A DNA stretch of 50,618 nt, from NCBI GenBank assembly GCA_052388025.1, contig JBQTIP010000149.1, positions 1 through 50,618 of the forward strand. The letters run 5' to 3'. Both the position numbers and the translations under genes were made by a program. Within the stretch, counting starts at the first letter, position 1; each line of letters begins with the position of its first letter. Source of the DNA: Actinomycetota bacterium. GTDB lineage: Bacteria; Actinomycetota; UBA4738; HRBIN12. This document shows positions 40,829 through 49,368 of this stretch, piece after piece. The notes below the pieces were generated by a model. It did not search any database. It saw only the letters and a program-made list of their open reading frames with translations, and was not told the origin of the DNA.

Positions 40829-40879
40829 TTGTGAAAGATTTCACAAAATCATGCTAGCCACTTGTGAAGGCGTTCACAA
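40829..40879 (-). promoter_or_regulatory. Two perfect Rex-type operators straddling the menJ-nuo promoter
   Basis: TTGTGAA-AGAT-TTCACAA (40829-40846) and TTGTGAA-GGCG-TTCACAA (40862-40879); minus-strand TTGTGA-N17-TAGCAT overlaps them. Confidence 0.9.
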
Positions 40880-40911
40880 GGCTAGACCCACGCCCGCCGG
40901 CCCGCAAACGC

Positions 40912-41337
40912 CTATCCGCGGGCGTGGTCCCAGGGCAGGATCCGCTCCGGAACCACCCGCAGGAAGCCAAGGTGGTGCACCTCCTCGGTGAATCGCTGGA
41001 ACCCGTCCCCCGCAAGCAGCGACCGGTACTTCTCGTGCCACGCCGACATCGGCGAGCGCATGGAGGGGTGCTCGGGACCGAGGAGCTCCGCGTTCCCCGG
41101 GACGACCACCCCGACGAGCTCGACCCAGCTGCGGCCGAGGTCTATCGCGAGCGACACGCGCGGGTCGGCGGCGGCATTGCTCCACGTGCGGCTGGGGCGG
41201 CGCGTCGAGACGTAGACGGCGTCGTCGCGCCACACGAACCATAGGGGCACGACGTGGGGCGCGCCGTTCGGCCCAACGGTTGCGACGTTCACGACGGGGA
41301 GATCGGCGAACATCCTGCGTGCCTGGGCGAGATCCAT
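40912..41337 (-). CDS. Pyridoxamine 5'-phosphate oxidase-like (split-barrel flavin/F420-binding) protein
   Basis: ATVGPNGAPHVVPLWF, N..ADPRVSL and P.RI..WDH. Confidence 0.85.
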   Translation of the reverse strand: MDLAQARRMFADLPVVNVATVGPNGAPHVVPLWFVWRDDAVYVSTRRPSRTWSNAAADPRVSLAIDLGRSWVELVGVVVPGNAELLGPEHPSMRSPMSAWHEKYRSLLAGDGFQRFTEEVHHLGFLRVVPERILPWDHARG

Positions 41338-41338
41338 C

Positions 41339-42259
41339 TCAGCCGGGGACAGCGATCAGCCGGGCGAGGGAACGTAGCGCCTCGACCGCTGCCGGCACGA
41401 GTGGGGAGCCCTCGATCGCGGCACACGCCTGTTCGACGAGTGCGTTCACCGACTCACCGTGGGGGTCAGTCGCCGGAGCGTCCTCGCCGTCGTCCCCCGC
41501 ATCCTGCATGTCGTCTCTCAGCTGGAACGCCTCTCCCAGCGGGACCCCGTACCCGGAGAGGTCGGCCATCACCTCGAGCGAGGCCCCCGCGAGCGCCGCT
41601 CCGATTTGCAGCGGCCCCTCGACGGTGTAGCTCCCGGTCTTAAGTGAGGCGACCCTCCTAGCCAGTCGCCGGTCGATCTTGCCGGCACCGCCCACGTCGA
41701 GGTACTGCCCGACCGCCATCTCGACTCGCATCCGGTCGTAGCGGTGGAACGCTGGGAGGAGCACATCCGGGGCGAATCCGGAGTCGAGGAACATACGCTC
41801 CGCAAGGACTGCCCCGAGGTCTCCGGCGAGGATGGCCACCGACAGCCCGTATCGGCGCGGATCGCCCGCCGGCCCGCTCGTCGCGCGCTCCCTCGCGAGA
41901 TGAACGTGGCTGGACGCCACGCCCCTGCGCACCTCGGACCCATCCATGACGTCGTCGTGGATCAGGGCGAACGTGTGCAGAAGCTCGAGCGCGGCGGCCG
42001 CTCGGATGATGGACTCGGTCTCCGCCCCACCTGCGGCGCGAAACCCCCAGTAGCAGAAGGCCGGCCGGATGCGCTTCCCCCCGGCGCTCATCAACCTGAT
42101 CAGCTCGTCGACGAGCCCCGCCGCATTCGCGTCGAGCTCGGAGATCTCGAGACGGCGCCGGGCGAGGAAGTCGCGCAACGCATCGTCGACCCGCTTCCGG
42201 ACGGCGCCGAGGACCGTCGGAGGATCGACCCCCGGTTCGTGGCCGATGCCCTGTCGCAT
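41339..42259 (-). CDS. Short-chain polyprenyl synthetase family protein (IdsA-like) with shortened C-terminus
   Basis: GGKRIRP, HTFALIHDDVMD, GQYLD, KT and FQLRDDMQD. Confidence 0.85.
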   Translation of the reverse strand: MRQGIGHEPGVDPPTVLGAVRKRVDDALRDFLARRRLEISELDANAAGLVDELIRLMSAGGKRIRPAFCYWGFRAAGGAETESIIRAAAALELLHTFALIHDDVMDGSEVRRGVASSHVHLARERATSGPAGDPRRYGLSVAILAGDLGAVLAERMFLDSGFAPDVLLPAFHRYDRMRVEMAVGQYLDVGGAGKIDRRLARRVASLKTGSYTVEGPLQIGAALAGASLEVMADLSGYGVPLGEAFQLRDDMQDAGDDGEDAPATDPHGESVNALVEQACAAIEGSPLVPAAVEALRSLARLIAVPG

Positions 42260-42363
42260 CGCGAGCCAGTATCGCAGCTTGGTGCCAGCGCCCCGCCCGC
42301 CGACGGGTCGATGTCCGGAGGATATAGTTCACGCATCACGTACCGCCGGGCCAAGCCAGACGC

Positions 42364-44181
42364 ATGACTCGCTTCCAGAAGCTCGCGCTCACTACGACCA
42401 CCGCCACCCTCGCGCTCGTCGCGGTGGGCGGGCTGGTCCGGGCAACGGGCTCCGGGCTCGGGTGCTCGAGCTGGCCCAAGTGCTCTCCGGACCGGTGGCT
42501 CCCGCACCTGGAAGCTAAAGGCATCATCGAGTACACGCACCGGGGACTGGCGTTCGTCGTCGTCGTCCTCGTTGGGGTGCTGGCCGCTTCGGCGTGGCGC
42601 TCGTACCGCGGCGTGCCACGGATCCTCTGGCCGTCGCTCGGCGCCGTTGTCCTCGTGCTCTTTCAGGCAGCGCTCGGCGGGATCGTGGTCCACGGGGACC
42701 TTCGAGCCACTCTCGTAACCGCGCACTTCGCAACCGCCATGGCCCTCGTGGGAGTCCTCGTGAACCTCTCCGCAAGCTCGTTCTGCGTCGTGAAGCTCCC
42801 ACAGAAGGCCCCATCGATCGCGGGCTCCGATCCGGGATTCGCCCGGCTCGCCGCGTGGGCCGCCGGGACCACGCTCCCTCTCCTCCTGATCGGCACCTAC
42901 GTGCGGGCGACGAGCGCCGGGCTGGCCTTCCCGGACTGGCCCTTGATGAACGGCCGGCTCGTCCCGGCCCTCGGGGGTGCGGCCACGTGGATGTTCGTCC
43001 ACCGGATCCTTTCCGCGGCCGTCGGGTTGCTCGTCCTATATGTGGCCATCCGGGCCAGGACGATGGCCGGCCGGCACAAGGACCTTGTCGTGCTCTCGAC
43101 GCTCTCCGTCGGGCTCTTCGCGGCGCAGGTGGTCGTCGGGGCGGCGAACGTGTGGTCGCGCCTTTCCCCCGCGTCCGTAACCGCGCATGTGGCCCTCTCC
43201 GCGCTCATCTGGGGATCGCTGGTGGCTCTTGCCACCGTCGGCCGGCGCTTCGCTGCGCATGCTGACCGATCGTCGATCGAGGCGGTGACTGGCGACGGGC
43301 AGCCCAGGTCGCTGCGGAAGACGACGGCCGCGTACTTCCGTCTCACCAAGCCGCGGATCATCGTGCTCCTGCTCATCACGACTGTCCCGGCAATGATCCT
43401 GGCTCAGAGAGGCATGCCGCCGATCGGCCTTATCCTCGCGACGCTCGTCGGGGGCTCGATCGCCGCTGGATCGGCGAACGCGATCAACTGCTACCTGGAC
43501 AGGGACATCGACGAGGTGATGAAGCGGACCCGGAGCCGGCCGCTCCCATCACACGAGCTGGATCCCGAGCAGGCGCTGGCGTTCGGGTTCGTCCTCGGCG
43601 GGGTCTCGTTCTTCTTCCTCGGGATCACGGTCAACGTGCTGGCCGCGGCTCTCGCGCTCTCGGCCATCGCGTTCTACGTGTTCGTCTACACGATGTGGCT
43701 GAAGCGCACCTCGACGCAGAACATCGTGATCGGTGGGGCGGCCGGCGCGGTCCCGGCGCTGGTTGGGTGGGCAGCCGTCACCGGGACGGTGGGGCTCCCC
43801 GCCTGGATCCTGTTCGCGATCGTCTTCGTGTGGACCCCGCCGCATTTCTGGGCGCTCGCCATGCGCTACTCGGGTGACTACGCGGCGGCCGGCGTGCCCA
43901 TGCTCCCGGTCGTTCGCGGCGAGGACGAGACCCGAAGGCAGATCCTGCTTTACGCGCTCGTGCTCTTCGCAACCTCTCTCTTGCTGTATCCGGTAGCCGG
44001 CATGGGCTCGATCTATCTCGCCACCGCGATAGCGCTGGGCGGGCTTTTCGTGTATCGAGCGCTCCGGCTCTGGCACCGTCCGAGCCCCGCGCTCTCGATG
44101 GCCCTGTTCAGGTACTCGATCGTGTACCTCGGGCTCCTGTTCGCCGCGGTCGCGGCCGACGGTCTGATCTTCCCGGGCTGA
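42364..44181 (+). CDS. Fused heme A synthase (CtaA/COX15) and heme O synthase (CtaB/CyoE)
   Basis: N-half has GLGC..WPKC, IEYTHR, TAHF, FVHR and TAHV; C-half has LTKPRI, DRDID.VMKRT..RP, NIVIGG and WTPPHFWALA. Confidence 0.93.
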   Translation: MTRFQKLALTTTTATLALVAVGGLVRATGSGLGCSSWPKCSPDRWLPHLEAKGIIEYTHRGLAFVVVVLVGVLAASAWRSYRGVPRILWPSLGAVVLVLFQAALGGIVVHGDLRATLVTAHFATAMALVGVLVNLSASSFCVVKLPQKAPSIAGSDPGFARLAAWAAGTTLPLLLIGTYVRATSAGLAFPDWPLMNGRLVPALGGAATWMFVHRILSAAVGLLVLYVAIRARTMAGRHKDLVVLSTLSVGLFAAQVVVGAANVWSRLSPASVTAHVALSALIWGSLVALATVGRRFAAHADRSSIEAVTGDGQPRSLRKTTAAYFRLTKPRIIVLLLITTVPAMILAQRGMPPIGLILATLVGGSIAAGSANAINCYLDRDIDEVMKRTRSRPLPSHELDPEQALAFGFVLGGVSFFFLGITVNVLAAALALSAIAFYVFVYTMWLKRTSTQNIVIGGAAGAVPALVGWAAVTGTVGLPAWILFAIVFVWTPPHFWALAMRYSGDYAAAGVPMLPVVRGEDETRRQILLYALVLFATSLLLYPVAGMGSIYLATAIALGGLFVYRALRLWHRPSPALSMALFRYSIVYLGLLFAAVAADGLIFPG

Positions 44182-44685
44182 TCAGCCCTCGGGGGCGAGC
44201 ACGTCCTCGATCGCACGCCTCAGTTCATCGGGGTCGATCTCGCCCAGGACCTGGTAGCGCATCGTCCCCGAGCGGTCGGCCACGTAGGTATCCGGGAGAC
44301 CCACGTACCCGAAATCGTCCGCGTAGGCGCCGGAGGGGTCCTGGATGCTGGGATAGGTCACGGCGAACTCCTCGATCCAGGCCCGAGCCGCCGCCGGATC
44401 GTCCCGCGTGTCCATCCCCAGGAAGTACACGCCGCGGCTCTCGAACCGCTCCCACAGGCGCTGCAGGGCGGGCTGCTCACGACGGCACGGCCCGCACCAC
44501 GTGGCCCAGAAGTTCACGACCACCACCTTGCCCCGATAGTCGGCGGGGGTGACCGCGCCCCCCTGGAGCGTCTCGCCGGACAGGACCGGCATGGGCTCGG
44601 CGATCGCCGAGAGACCGAGGTCGGACGCAGGGCTTCGGGTGCACGCGACGAGGGCAAGGAGGACGAGAGGCAGGAGTCTGCGCAC
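44182..44685 (-). CDS. TlpA/ResA-family thiol-disulfide reductase, probable lipoprotein
   Basis: NFWATWCGPC; LVAC lipobox after GTG 44685; TGCTAGGTT extended -10 sits 7 nt upstream. Confidence 0.9.
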   Translation of the reverse strand: MRRLLPLVLLALVACTRSPASDLGLSAIAEPMPVLSGETLQGGAVTPADYRGKVVVVNFWATWCGPCRREQPALQRLWERFESRGVYFLGMDTRDDPAAARAWIEEFAVTYPSIQDPSGAYADDFGYVGLPDTYVADRSGTMRYQVLGEIDPDELRRAIEDVLAPEG

Positions 44686-44729
44686 GGCACCCAACCTAGC
44701 ATGGGCCCCGGGGACGGCCCGGCGGCAGC

Positions 44730-45659
44730 TCAGCCGACCGTGACCGTCCCGTTCATCGGCGGATGCACGTCGCACTGGAAGTAGTAGGTCCCCGCGGGAA
44801 GCGCCGGCACGTCGTAGTCGACCTTCGCGGGTCCCGTGACGAGGTCGCCGCGGAACAGGACCTCGTCCAGGCCCTCGTCGCGGTAGATGGCCACGTTGTG
44901 CTGGACGCCGGCGTCCCTGTTGTCGAACTCGATCGTCGACGCGGTGTCCGCCGGGAGCGAGAGCGCGGACTCGCTGAACTGAAACGCCTCGGCGAAGATC
45001 GGAACCGAGGAGGGGCCGCCGCCCCCGCCCCCCCCGCCGCCCCCGGGCGCCACCTCGATCGTCCCGGTCATCGTGATCGGGTGAACCTCGCAGCGGAAGA
45101 AATAGGTGCCCTCTTCGAGTGGTTCGATCCCGTACGCGGCCTGCGCCGGCCCGGTGATCGTCCCGTCCGGCACGAACACGGGCTCGGCGAAGCCCTCGTC
45201 GGCATAGACGGCCACGTTGTGGGGAACGCCCGGGTCCTGGTTGTCGAACTCGAGCTCGACCGGCTCGCCCGGCGGGAACGACAGCGTGTCCCGATCGAAG
45301 CCCTCGACCGCGGCGTTCGGCCCCGCGGCGATCGCCACCACAACCGGCTGCTCCTCGGGCTTCTCGGGCTCCTCTGGCCCGATCGCTGCGAGCGCGATTC
45401 CCCCGGCGATCATGGCAACGCCGGCGACGGCGCCGAGCATCGATGCGAGGCTGGAGGCTCGGATCCGCTTGAGCGCGGCCACTCGGGTCGCGATCAGCAT
45501 GATCCCGAATGCGACCACTGTGGCCGTGACGGTGGCCGCGGTGGGCGACACCGAAAGCAGCACTCGCGAGAACCCCACGACCAGCAGGGCGATGAACACC
45601 AACCCGAGGACGGGGATGAGGATCGGCAGCACCAGCCGGTCCCGTGTGGAGCTCTTCAT
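44730..45659 (-). CDS. Membrane-anchored tandem cupredoxin protein
   Basis: Three N-terminal hydrophobic helices, then two domains with HN...CEVHPITM and HN...CDVHPPM joined by a poly-Gly linker; ATGA overlap with ctaG. Confidence 0.88.
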   Translation of the reverse strand: MKSSTRDRLVLPILIPVLGLVFIALLVVGFSRVLLSVSPTAATVTATVVAFGIMLIATRVAALKRIRASSLASMLGAVAGVAMIAGGIALAAIGPEEPEKPEEQPVVVAIAAGPNAAVEGFDRDTLSFPPGEPVELEFDNQDPGVPHNVAVYADEGFAEPVFVPDGTITGPAQAAYGIEPLEEGTYFFRCEVHPITMTGTIEVAPGGGGGGGGGGPSSVPIFAEAFQFSESALSLPADTASTIEFDNRDAGVQHNVAIYRDEGLDEVLFRGDLVTGPAKVDYDVPALPAGTYYFQCDVHPPMNGTVTVG

Positions 45660-46492
45660 GGCTTCATCTCCGCGCGGATCTCGCGCTCGAGGTTGCGCCA
45701 CTGGATCGGATCCCAGCCCTCCCGCTCCTCCTGCGCGTGCCACCGGAAGAAGATCGTCGCGATGACGGTCCACAGGATGAACCCGCCGAGGAGCTTCATC
45801 TCGAGGCCGGCGATGAGCTGGTCGGTGAGCGCCGAGATGCCCCAGATGCGTGGGAAGGTCGCGTACACAGGGTAAAGGGGCGTGTGACCGAAGGTCAGGA
45901 ACGAAGCAGGGATGGTCGGCGCGAGCGACTGAAGGAACAGGTAGAGCATCTGGACGGGCGGAGTGAGCGCGGGCATCTCGGGAAGCGGCGCCATCACCGG
46001 CCACCACATTACGAGGCCCGAGCCGACCAGCAGCACGTGAAGGCTCAGGTGGGCAAGCTGGGAACGCACCGCCAGCTCCACGACCGCCGGCCAGTGCGTG
46101 AACAGCAGGAGTCCGTTGAAGACGATGAGCGCGAACACCGGCCGCGTGAGCACCCGCCAGACCGCGGCCACCGGCCGCGGCGAGAGGATGGCTCGGAGCA
46201 GCCAAGCCGGCGTCCCGGCGATGAGCAGCGGCGGCGCCACCAGCGTATACAACAGGTGCTGGAACATGTGCACGCTGTAGAGGTAGCCCTCCGAGAGGTC
46301 GTGGACCGGCCACTCTGACCCGGTGAGCAGCGCGAGCATTCCGAGCGAGAACAGCGTCGCCTTCCGCCGCGAGATCGGCTCTTCCCCCGGGCGACGCGCG
46401 CGCCGGATCACCGCGACGAGGTACGTGGCCTCGATGACGCCGAGCAAGAGCCAGACGTCGAGGTGAACGTGCCAGGCCGGGAGTCGCATCAC
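45656..46492 (-). CDS. ctaG: caa3-type cytochrome oxidase assembly factor CtaG
   Basis: SVHMFQHLL...PPLL, THWP and DQLIAGLEMK. Confidence 0.88.
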   Translation of the reverse strand: MMRLPAWHVHLDVWLLLGVIEATYLVAVIRRARRPGEEPISRRKATLFSLGMLALLTGSEWPVHDLSEGYLYSVHMFQHLLYTLVAPPLLIAGTPAWLLRAILSPRPVAAVWRVLTRPVFALIVFNGLLLFTHWPAVVELAVRSQLAHLSLHVLLVGSGLVMWWPVMAPLPEMPALTPPVQMLYLFLQSLAPTIPASFLTFGHTPLYPVYATFPRIWGISALTDQLIAGLEMKLLGGFILWTVIATIFFRWHAQEEREGWDPIQWRNLEREIRAEMKP

Positions 46493-46499
46493 AACCGCC

Positions 46500-46844
46500 C
46501 TATCTCGCGAACGTCCGGAACGAGACCAGCACGATCAGGTAGAGCGTGATGGCGAGAGAAAGCCCGATCGTGAAGAAGCGGGCATAGGTCCTGCTGTCGA
46601 ACTTGAGGTGCATGAACCAGAGCACGACCAGCGAGAACTTGATGAACGCGAAGAGGAACAGAAGCGGGATCAGAGACGACCGGACGGCGTCGATGTAGTA
46701 CGCGGCGACCTCGGCCGCCGTGACCACCGCCAGGATGATCGCTATCCGGACGTACTCCTTCGGGGTGGGGTGACGCTCGACGTGCCGCCGTGCCTGCCGC
46801 TCCGTCTCGTGCACCGCGCCCCGTTCCACCTGCTGCTCCGCCAT
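46500..46844 (-). CDS. ctaF: Cytochrome c oxidase subunit IV (caa3-type)
   Basis: Three TM segments with T..EV and KF.LV...FMHLKFD. Confidence 0.88.
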   Translation of the reverse strand: MAEQQVERGAVHETERQARRHVERHPTPKEYVRIAIILAVVTAAEVAAYYIDAVRSSLIPLLFLFAFIKFSLVVLWFMHLKFDSRTYARFFTIGLSLAITLYLIVLVSFRTFAR

Positions 46845-46850
46845 CTCCGC

Positions 46851-47462
46851 CTACTTCCCAGTCGGAATCAGATACACCACCGTGAAGATCACGATCCACA
46901 CGATGTCGACGAAGTGCCAGTAGAGCCCGACCAGCTCGACGGCCATGCTGCGCTCGCGCGGCAGCCGGCCCCCGAGGGACAGCCCCAGGAGGGAGAGCAG
47001 CATGAGGATGCCGAGCGTCACGTGCGCACCGTGGAACCCGGTCAGCACGAAGAACGTGGTCCCGAAGAGGTTCGCATTGAGCGTGAGCCCCTCGCGGACG
47101 AACGACGTGAACTCGTAGACCTGGCCGCCGATGAACGTCATGCCGAGCAGGGCGGTCGCGAGCAGCCAGACCCGCAATCGTCCGTCGTCGCCGCGCTGGA
47201 TGGCGGCGAGCGCGAGAACCATCGTGAGGCTCGAGGCGAGCAGCACGAAGGAGCTGACCGATGTGTACGGGATGTCGAAGACGTCCGACGGGTAGGGTCC
47301 TACGGTGCTCGCGCCGCGGTACAGGACGTACGTGGAGATGAGCGCCCCGAACAACAGGCACTCCGAAGCGAGGAAGACCCACATCGCCAGCTTGACGTGG
47401 GGCAGCCCCGTGCTTGTTTGCTCCTCGGGGCCGTGAGCCGGGGCTATCGCCGCCTGCGCCAT
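46851..47462 (-). CDS. ctaE: Cytochrome c oxidase subunit III
   Basis: WVFLASE, TGFHGAHV and YWHFVDIVW. Confidence 0.95.
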   Translation of the reverse strand: MAQAAIAPAHGPEEQTSTGLPHVKLAMWVFLASECLLFGALISTYVLYRGASTVGPYPSDVFDIPYTSVSSFVLLASSLTMVLALAAIQRGDDGRLRVWLLATALLGMTFIGGQVYEFTSFVREGLTLNANLFGTTFFVLTGFHGAHVTLGILMLLSLLGLSLGGRLPRERSMAVELVGLYWHFVDIVWIVIFTVVYLIPTGK

Positions 47463-47468
47463 CTCCAG

Positions 47469-49352
47469 CTACTCCGCCGAGGGCTCCAGGGCCCAGCCGT
47501 ACAGGCCGCCCAGCAGGATGATCGCCCCGGGCACGACCAGCCACCAGTTGAAGATGATCCCGTAGCCGATCAGGGGGAACCCGAGCGAGGCGATCACGGG
47601 GTAGTAGGAGGGCCCGGGCAGGTGGATCCCGTGCCCGCCGTGGCCGCTCTCGCCGCCGTGGGACCCTCCGTGCGCATCGGAGCCGCCCGCCGGGACCGGC
47701 ACCACCTTGCCCCCCCGGTCCTCCGCGTACTTGCGGTGCCAGAACTCGTCGAGCGAGCGAACCACAGGGATCTCCTCGAAGTTGTACTCGGGGGGCGGCG
47801 AGGAGGTGGCCCACTCCAGCGTCCGCGCGTCCCACGGGTCGGCCGGCGCGTCCTTCGCCTTCCTGGACGTGACGACGACGTTGACGAGAAACACCAGCAC
47901 GGCCGTTGCAATGGTGAAGGCGCCGATCGTGGCCACGAGGTTCCAGAAGCCGAGCGCTTCCTCGGTGTACGTGTAGTAGCGCCGCTCCATCCCCTGGAGG
48001 CCGAGGATGTGCATCGGCCCGAACGTCAGGTTGAGGCCGATCACCATCAGCCAGAAGTGCACCTTTCCCAGGCCCTCGGACAGCGTCTTCCCGAACGCCT
48101 TCGGCCACCAGTAGTACATCCCCGAGAACAGGCCGAGGACGGCCCCGCCGAACAGCACGTAGTGGAAGTGCGCGACGATGAAGTAGGTGTCGGTCTGCTG
48201 GTAATCGGACGGCACGACGGCGTGCAGCGCCCCGGACAGCCCGCCGACGATGAAGTTCGCCACGAACCCTATCGAGAACAGCATGGCCGCGGTGAAGCGG
48301 AGGTCGCCGCGCCACATCGTGGCAAGCCAGTTGAAGATCTTCACGCCGGTGGGGACCCCGATGATCATCGTGGAGATCGCGAACGCGGCGTTCGCCACCG
48401 GGCCGAGGCCCGTCGCGAACATGTGGTGGGCCCACACGCCAAAGCCGATGAACCCGATGGCGATCCCGGAGAACACCACGAACTGGTATCCGAACAGCGG
48501 CTTGCGCGAGAACACCGGCAAAACCTCGGAGACGATGCCCATCGCCGGCAGGATCAGGATGTACACCTCCGGGTGCCCGAACAGCCAGAAGAGGTGCTGC
48601 CATAGCAGAGGATCGGCGCCCGCCCCCGGATCGAAGAAGTGGGTTCCGAACCGCCGGTCGAAGAGCATCTCGAACAGGCCCACCGTGATGATCGGGAGCG
48701 CGAACACCAGCAGGAACTGCACGACGAGCCCCATCCAGACGAACACGGGTATCCGGAACAGGCTCATCCCCGGGGCGCGCATGTTGATCACCGTCACGGC
48801 GAGGTTTACCGCCGAGGCCGCCGACGCGATCCCGGTGATGATCAGCCCGATCGCGTAAAAGGTCATCCCGGGCGACAGGTCCGTCGTGGAGTTCGGCGGG
48901 TACCCGAACCACCCGCCGTTCGGGGCGCCGCCCAGGAGCCAGCTCGAGTAGATGAACAGCCCGCCGGCCAGGAACACCCAGTAGCTGAAGGCGTTGAGCC
49001 TGGGGAACGCAACGTCGCGGGCACCGATCATAAGCGGGATCAGGTAGTTGAAGAACGCCGCCGAGAGCGACATGACGACCAGGAAGATCATCGTGATGCC
49101 GTGCATCGTGAAGAGCTCGTTGTACTGGGCGGCCGATAGCACCTCGCCGTTGGGCTGGGCGAGCTGGAGCCGGATGAGCAGGGCCTCGACCCCGCCCGCG
49201 AGGAAGAACAGCAGCGACGCCCCTCCGTAGAGGAGCCCGATCCTCTTGTGGTCGACGGTGGTGAACCAGCTCCAGAGCCCGGTCGTCGCCGTCGGCCGCC
49301 GGAGGATCCCCCGGGCCGGCGCCCGCTCGGCCTGAACGCTCACCGTCGCCAA
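47469..49352 (-). CDS. ctaD: Cytochrome c oxidase subunit I, A1 type
   Basis: DHKRIG, TMHG, FGHPEVY, WAHHMF and AHFHY; two extra C-terminal helices. Confidence 0.97.
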   Translation of the reverse strand: MATVSVQAERAPARGILRRPTATTGLWSWFTTVDHKRIGLLYGGASLLFFLAGGVEALLIRLQLAQPNGEVLSAAQYNELFTMHGITMIFLVVMSLSAAFFNYLIPLMIGARDVAFPRLNAFSYWVFLAGGLFIYSSWLLGGAPNGGWFGYPPNSTTDLSPGMTFYAIGLIITGIASAASAVNLAVTVINMRAPGMSLFRIPVFVWMGLVVQFLLVFALPIITVGLFEMLFDRRFGTHFFDPGAGADPLLWQHLFWLFGHPEVYILILPAMGIVSEVLPVFSRKPLFGYQFVVFSGIAIGFIGFGVWAHHMFATGLGPVANAAFAISTMIIGVPTGVKIFNWLATMWRGDLRFTAAMLFSIGFVANFIVGGLSGALHAVVPSDYQQTDTYFIVAHFHYVLFGGAVLGLFSGMYYWWPKAFGKTLSEGLGKVHFWLMVIGLNLTFGPMHILGLQGMERRYYTYTEEALGFWNLVATIGAFTIATAVLVFLVNVVVTSRKAKDAPADPWDARTLEWATSSPPPEYNFEEIPVVRSLDEFWHRKYAEDRGGKVVPVPAGGSDAHGGSHGGESGHGGHGIHLPGPSYYPVIASLGFPLIGYGIIFNWWLVVPGAIILLGGLYGWALEPSAE

Positions 49353-49368
49353 CTGGGTCAGGCCTCCA

